From: an uncultured Verrucomicrobiae bacterium
Lineage (GTDB): Bacteria; Verrucomicrobiota; Verrucomicrobiia; Chthoniobacterales; UBA10450
Assembly (NCBI GenBank): GCA_963834385.1
Contig: CAWIBO010000002.1
Coordinates: forward strand, 640,001-704,000
DNA length: 64,000 nucleotides
Direction of reading: 5' to 3'
Shown here: one piece after another, positions 59,199-64,000 of the stretch
How the letters are laid out: each line of letters starts with the position of its first letter
Numbering within the stretch: the first letter of the stretch is position 1
The notes under the pieces: model-generated
What the model saw: the letters and a program-made list of their open reading frames with translations, nothing else
Told to the model about the DNA's origin: nothing
Databases searched by the model: none
Program-made: the position numbers and the translations under genes

Positions 59199-59654
59199 TC
59201 AGGAGAGCGGGTGGGCCAGGAGCGCGGCCGCCGCCTCCAGGAATTCCTTGTCTTCCTTGCCGAAAGCCCCGGTCTTTTCGCTCTCGGCATCAAGGATTCC
59301 GACCACCTTCTTGGAATCGTTACAGACCGGGACGATCACCTCCGAGCGGGTGTTGCAGAAGGTGGGCAGGTAGCGCGGGTCGCTCTGCACGTCGGCCACC
59401 ACGATGGTTTCGCGCGACTCGAGTGCGGCCCCGGCCAGGCCCTGCGTGACGGGAAAACGGGGATAGGTGGGCGGTTGCGTGCCCGTGGCCGCGCAGATGA
59501 TGAACTCTCCCCGGGAGACGGTATAAAGCCCGACCCAACGATAGTTTCGCGCGGCCCTGATCTTTTCCACCAGCTCTTTCAATTCGTTTGGCCCGACCGT
59601 GCCGGTCACAACCATGGCGCCGAGTTCCTGCAGGACTTCACGATATTTTTCCAT
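59199..59654 (-). CDS. Stand-alone GAF domain protein
   Basis: WVGLY, GLAG, VADVQSDPRY, SEVIVP, LDAES..F. Confidence 0.85.
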   Translation of the reverse strand: MEKYREVLQELGAMVVTGTVGPNELKELVEKIRAARNYRWVGLYTVSRGEFIICAATGTQPPTYPRFPVTQGLAGAALESRETIVVADVQSDPRYLPTFCNTRSEVIVPVCNDSKKVVGILDAESEKTGAFGKEDKEFLEAAAALLAHPLS

Positions 59655-59682
59655 GGGAGGGCCTTTAACTTCGCTCAAAAAC

Positions 59683-60512
59683 TCAGGCAGGCGAGCAGAG
59701 ATCACCGGTCTTTTCCCGGAGGGCCGCCGCCAGCTCGATGATGACATCGGCCACGCCGGGATCGGTGCCAATGGCGCTGGCATAATAAAGCTGGCGACCG
59801 TGCAGGGAGACAGGGTTGCGCCGGAAAACGTTGTTCAGGCTGGCCGAGCCCGGCCGGCTCCGTCTCCATCCCGAGCAGCACCGGGATGTCTTCGAAACTG
59901 TGGAGACCGTCCGCGATGAAGAACGGCACCACCACCACGTGCTTCGTCCGGGTCAACTTCACCCAATCGGAGACCAGGGGCGGCTCCTCCATGTAAACGC
60001 CCTGCACGCTGGCGTAGTCGCCTTCCGCCGCCAGGCGCCGGGCCTGCTCTTTTGCCGCCACCGCGCTGTTGTCGTTCAGCGAAGTGCCATGGCCGACAAT
60101 CAGGAGCGAGGTCTCGGCTTCCGGGACGCCGGGCGCCACGGCGCGCGCGCGGGCGAGCAGAAGCCGGGTCATGAGCGGGTGATTCCCCACCGGCTCGGCA
60201 TATTTCCAGACCTGGTGCGCCTTCTCCGTGACCGGCGCCCGCCAGCTCCAGTTCGCGCGGAATCACGGTCTGGGTGAAATATCCTTCGCTGATGAAATTG
60301 GGCACCACGTAGACTTCGGACAAGGCCCTTTCCCGGAAATACTCGCGCGCGTCGCGCAGGCTCGGCTCCTCCTTCCAGAAGGCGCAGCGAACTTCCCCAA
60401 ACAGATTGCGCCGCCGGATCTCGCGCGCGTGCGCCAGGGTCGGCGCGCTGGAATCGGCGTTGACGGTCGAGCCGTGCCCGACCACCAGAAGCCCTGCCCC
60501 GCGGAAATCCAT
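59683..60512 (-). CDS. CbiX/SirB-like chelatase-fold protein (two frameshifts)
   Basis: VVGHGS, FWKEEP, VVPNFISEGYF, IVGHGT, VVPFFIADGLH; third-frame end YYASAIGTDP..A* at 59683. Confidence 0.8.
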
Positions 60513-60587
60513 GGTTCACTGTGTCGGCAAATCCGCCGGGCGCCAGTGCTTTGACGGGGTGCTTCCTGCAAGCGAACCTGTGGCACG

Positions 60588-61628
60588 ATGAAATTTCGCA
60601 CCTACAAAAACACGGACCTGACCGTGAGCGAGGTGGGGTTCGGGCTCTGGACCATCTCGACCGGGTGGTGGGGGAACTTTACCGAGGGCGAGGCCGTGGC
60701 CCTGATGCACCGGGCTTTTGACCTCGGGATCACCCTCTTCGACGCGGCCGATACCTACGGCAACGGCCTGAGCGAGGAACTCATCGCCAAGGCCTTCCCC
60801 AACCAGCGGGACGAAATCGTGATCGCCACCAAAATCGGCTACGATTTTGTCACGCACGGCGACACGCGCGGGCGCGGCCAGCGCGAAATCCCGCAGGATT
60901 TTTCTCCGGAAGCGCTCGGACGCGCGACCGATGCCGCGCTGCGGCGGCTGAAGACCGACCGGATCGACCTCCTCCAGCTGCACAATGTCCGGATGGAACA
61001 GGTCTACGACGACGCGGTCTGGACCACACTCGAGCGCTTGCAGGAGAGCGGAAAGATCCGGCATTACGGCATTGCCCTCGGACCGGCCGTTGGCTGGCTC
61101 TACGAGGGGATCAACTGCATCCGCGAACGGGCTTTCGCCAGCGTCCAGCACATCTATAATGTGCTCGAGCAGCATCCCGGGCGCGCTTTGCACGAGGCCG
61201 CCGCGGCGGCGGAACGCGACACCATGTTTCTCATCCGGGTGACGCACTCCTCCGGCATGCTCGAAGGAAAATACACCGAGGACACCGTCTTCCCGCCGAA
61301 CGATCATCGCAATCATCGGCCGCGCAGCTGGCTGCTGAACGGCATTAAAAAAATTGACCAGCTCCGTTTTCTCGAGACCAGCGAGCGCACGCTCGGCCAG
61401 GCCGCCCTGCAGTGGCTCCTGGCCGATGAGCGCGTGGCTTCGACCCTGCCCAACATCTACGAGGAGGCACAGCTGGTGGAATTCGCCGGCGCGCCGGAGT
61501 GTCCTCCCCTGACCGCCGAGGATCTCGCCCGGATCGACGAGCTTTATGCCGCCAATTTCGGGCTGCCCGCCGAAGAACCGAAATTCAAGGGGACGATGAT
61601 GGAGCCGGCCGCGGCGGCGTCCGCCTGA
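60588..61628 (+). CDS. Aldo/keto reductase
   Basis: VSEVGFG, FDAADTYG, IATK, IDLLQLH, GKIR. Confidence 0.92.
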   Translation: MKFRTYKNTDLTVSEVGFGLWTISTGWWGNFTEGEAVALMHRAFDLGITLFDAADTYGNGLSEELIAKAFPNQRDEIVIATKIGYDFVTHGDTRGRGQREIPQDFSPEALGRATDAALRRLKTDRIDLLQLHNVRMEQVYDDAVWTTLERLQESGKIRHYGIALGPAVGWLYEGINCIRERAFASVQHIYNVLEQHPGRALHEAAAAAERDTMFLIRVTHSSGMLEGKYTEDTVFPPNDHRNHRPRSWLLNGIKKIDQLRFLETSERTLGQAALQWLLADERVASTLPNIYEEAQLVEFAGAPECPPLTAEDLARIDELYAANFGLPAEEPKFKGTMMEPAAAASA

Positions 61629-61638
61629 CCGCGGCGGG

Positions 61639-63519
61639 CTAGTTCGAGCGGTCGATCTCCTCTTCGGGCGTTTCTGCAGGCTCCGCCGGGACGGCGCGCC
61701 GCGAACGTTTCCCGTTGCTCTTGTAAACCTCCTTGAAGACCTGCGCGATCATCGGGGCGGCATGCGTGCCGCCGTGGACATCGGCGCCGACCGCGCCTTC
61801 ATAGACAGCAGCGAAAGCGAAACGCGGCTCGCTCGCCGGCAGGAAACCGGCAAACCACGCGGCCGTCCGCTCTTTTGTCTTTGGTCCCCACTGGGCCGTG
61901 CCGGTTTTTCCCGCGACCTCCACGTTGTCCATGCTGGCCGAGTGGCCGGTGCCCGAGGGACCGTTGACCACGTTGATCATGCCCAGGTGGACCAGGTCCA
62001 TGGAAAGCGCCGATGACCCGAGGGTTTTCTTGGCCCGCACCTGGTAGGCCGTGACCACTTCGTTCTCGACCGATTGCACCTGCTGCACCAGTCGCGTTTG
62101 GTAGAAGGTCCCCTTGTTGGCGATGATGCCCATGGCCTGCGCCATTTGCAGCGGGGTGGTCTCGCAGTCGCCCTGCCCGATGGAGAGATTGGCAATGTCG
62201 CCGTTGAGAAGTTTTCGACCGTGCGCGGCCCTCATGTATTGATCCGTCGGCACCCGGCCTTCCGCCTCTCCCCGCAGGGGAATGCCACAGCGCGCCCCGA
62301 AACCAAGACGCAGGGACCAGTCAATGATGGGATCGGCGCCGATGCGAATGCCAACCTGATAAAACCAGGTGTCGCACGATTCCGTCATGGCCTGGACAAA
62401 ATTCAACGGGCCCCGGTCGACCTTTTTCCAGTTCCGCATGGTGGTATTGCCGATCTGCATCGAGGGGTAACACTGGTAAAGGTCATCCGCGCGGACCAGG
62501 CCGGTCTCGAGCGCGGCCAGTCCGACCGCGACCTTGAAGACCGAGCCGGGCGGGTAGGCCGAGCGATAGGCCCGCGGCAGAAGCGGGATGTCCGGATCAT
62601 CCTGCAGTTCCTTGAATTTTGCCTCCGAGATGGAGGGGATGAACACGTTGGGATCGAAGGTGGGCCAGGAGGCCAGGGCCAGGATGTCGCCCGTGTTCGG
62701 ATCGGTGATGACGATGGCGCCTCGCTTGGCTTTCTCTGCCAGCGCCTTCTCCGCCAGTTCCTGCAGACGGACATCAAGCGTGGTCACCACGGTGTGACCG
62801 GGCACCGGCGGCTTCACGATCTTCTCCGAGGTCTTATTCCCATCCTTGTCGAAAGTGATGTTGTACTCGCCGTGGCGCCCGGTAAGCATGTCGTCGAAAG
62901 TCAGCTCCAGGCCCTCCCGCCCCTCGGTTTCCGGCCAGAGAGTTTCGTGGTTCTCGATGATGCCGTCGGCGGGCCGGCCGGTGCGCCCGGTGTAGCCGAT
63001 GACCGGGCCAGCCATGGCGCCGCGCGGATAGACCCGGATGTAAACCGGGCGCAGCACCGTGCCCTCGGGAAGTTCCTTCGCCGCCGCCACTTCCTTTTCA
63101 TTGAGATTCTGCGCAATCTCAAAGGGAAGAATGCCGCGGTTCTTGTAATGCCGCAGGATCGCGCTGTCGGAGACCTTGAAGTCGCGGCCAACGACCCGGC
63201 GCGCGCGGGCGATCTTGTCCCGCGCATAGGCGATCGCCTGTGCGTCGGTGAACTCGAGCGGGGCCGGATAGGTCACGGCCAGGTTGTAGCTGAGTTTGTT
63301 CTGGGCCAGCGGCTCGCCGTTCCGGTCGACGATCTGGCCCCGCGGTGCCGGAATATCCAGCACATAGGTGCGGGCGTGCTTCTGCGTCTCGTAGGTCGGC
63401 ACAATCTCCTCCGCCGGGCCGACCGAGGCCGCGGGCTCCCCTTCCTGCGCGCGGCCCTGCCCCGGGACGCCAGCGCAGGCCAGGACCAGAAAAGAGAGAA
63501 TGAGAAATCGATCTTTCAT
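61639..63519 (-). CDS. mrdA: Penicillin-binding protein 2 (class B)
   Basis: PAPRGQIVDRNG, SVFK, SCD, KTGTAQ. Confidence 0.9.
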   Translation of the reverse strand: MKDRFLILSFLVLACAGVPGQGRAQEGEPAASVGPAEEIVPTYETQKHARTYVLDIPAPRGQIVDRNGEPLAQNKLSYNLAVTYPAPLEFTDAQAIAYARDKIARARRVVGRDFKVSDSAILRHYKNRGILPFEIAQNLNEKEVAAAKELPEGTVLRPVYIRVYPRGAMAGPVIGYTGRTGRPADGIIENHETLWPETEGREGLELTFDDMLTGRHGEYNITFDKDGNKTSEKIVKPPVPGHTVVTTLDVRLQELAEKALAEKAKRGAIVITDPNTGDILALASWPTFDPNVFIPSISEAKFKELQDDPDIPLLPRAYRSAYPPGSVFKVAVGLAALETGLVRADDLYQCYPSMQIGNTTMRNWKKVDRGPLNFVQAMTESCDTWFYQVGIRIGADPIIDWSLRLGFGARCGIPLRGEAEGRVPTDQYMRAAHGRKLLNGDIANLSIGQGDCETTPLQMAQAMGIIANKGTFYQTRLVQQVQSVENEVVTAYQVRAKKTLGSSALSMDLVHLGMINVVNGPSGTGHSASMDNVEVAGKTGTAQWGPKTKERTAAWFAGFLPASEPRFAFAAVYEGAVGADVHGGTHAAPMIAQVFKEVYKSNGKRSRRAVPAEPAETPEEEIDRSN

Positions 63520-64000
63520 TTATGACGCTGTAAAAAACGGTGCACTTCCTCGGCCAGTTTCGGTCCAATCCCCTCGGTCGACGCAATCTGCTCCACGCTC
63601 GCCTTGCGCAGGCGGCTGACCGAGCCAAACTGCCGCAACAGCAGGTTCTTGCGGTTCTGGCTTACCCCAGGGCAATCATCCAGCACACTCTCGCCGATTC
63701 GTTTTTTCATCAACAACTGATGATAGGTGTTGGCAAACCGGTGGGCCTCGTCCCGGATCCGCTGCAATAGCCGCAGCGCCCCGGAATCCGGCGGCAGGAC
63801 CAGCGGCAGCGCCCGGCCCGGCCGGTAGATTTCCTCGTACTCCTTGGCCAGACCAATGATCGGGAGATCATGCAAACCGAGCCGTTGCAGCTCCCGGCAG
63901 GCCGAGGAGAGCTGCCCTTTCCCGCCATCGACAATGACAAGGTCGGGCAGCCGGACGGCGACAAACTTGTCCTCGCGCGCGGCGCGGGCCAGCGCTTCCG
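63516..64000 (-). CDS. uvrC: Excinuclease ABC subunit C (3' part; runs off window)
   Basis: PDLVIVDGGKGQL, IGLAK, QRIRDEAHRFA, HhH motifs. Confidence 0.93.
   Translation of the reverse strand, partial: EALARAAREDKFVAVRLPDLVIVDGGKGQLSSACRELQRLGLHDLPIIGLAKEYEEIYRPGRALPLVLPPDSGALRLLQRIRDEAHRFANTYHQLLMKKRIGESVLDDCPGVSQNRKNLLLRQFGSVSRLRKASVEQIASTEGIGPKLAEEVHRFLQRHK

Noticed and set aside
59199..59654. GAF protein as free methionine-R-sulfoxide reductase (MsrC)
   Set aside because: It lacks the GVCG and HIAC cysteine motifs.

Overview
A 64-kb, high-GC, gene-dense chromosomal window with about 60 CDS. Gene content and protein style suggest a Verrucomicrobiota (Chthoniobacterales-like) bacterium; this is an inference. 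I saw no rRNA, tRNA, CRISPR array, transposase or prophage. Many genes, including the essential ligA, carry single-base frameshifts that look like long-read indel errors. Contents: (1) a minus-strand respiratory operon, actABCDEFG (Alternative Complex III), followed by ccoN-like, ccoO-like and monoheme cytochrome c genes; the CcoN-like protein lacks all three CuB histidines, the cross-linked Tyr and the high-spin heme His; (2) ada, a DUF1624 protein, kamA, degQ, a BLUF protein and small membrane proteins; (3) a sugar kinase-MurQ fusion and ligA; (4) a TerB/FHA-like ABC transporter, an M24 peptidase, a YugP-type peptidase, an ECF sigma factor, a putative anti-sigma factor and an HtrA-like protein lacking its catalytic triad, all divergent from ftsH; (5) HPF-CSD, baeRF12 and glgX; (6) an amidase, yihY, a glycolipid glycosyltransferase, nagA and a halogenase/acyltransferase/deacetylase cassette; (7) pilD, tatC, a Nudix hydrolase, folB and a cyclase-TPR protein; (8) a cassette of secreted protein + SdpA-like + HTTM/SdpB-like genes; (9) dciA, rpoN, two small secreted coiled-coil proteins and an NtrC-type regulator; (10) an amidohydrolase, DR2241-like, GAF and CbiX-like genes, an aldo-keto reductase, mrdA and partial uvrC. 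The best candidates for undescribed biology are the ACIII-linked pseudo-oxidase, the HTTM cassette, the ECF-linked pseudo-protease and an inverted-repeat-flanked promoter upstream of actA.
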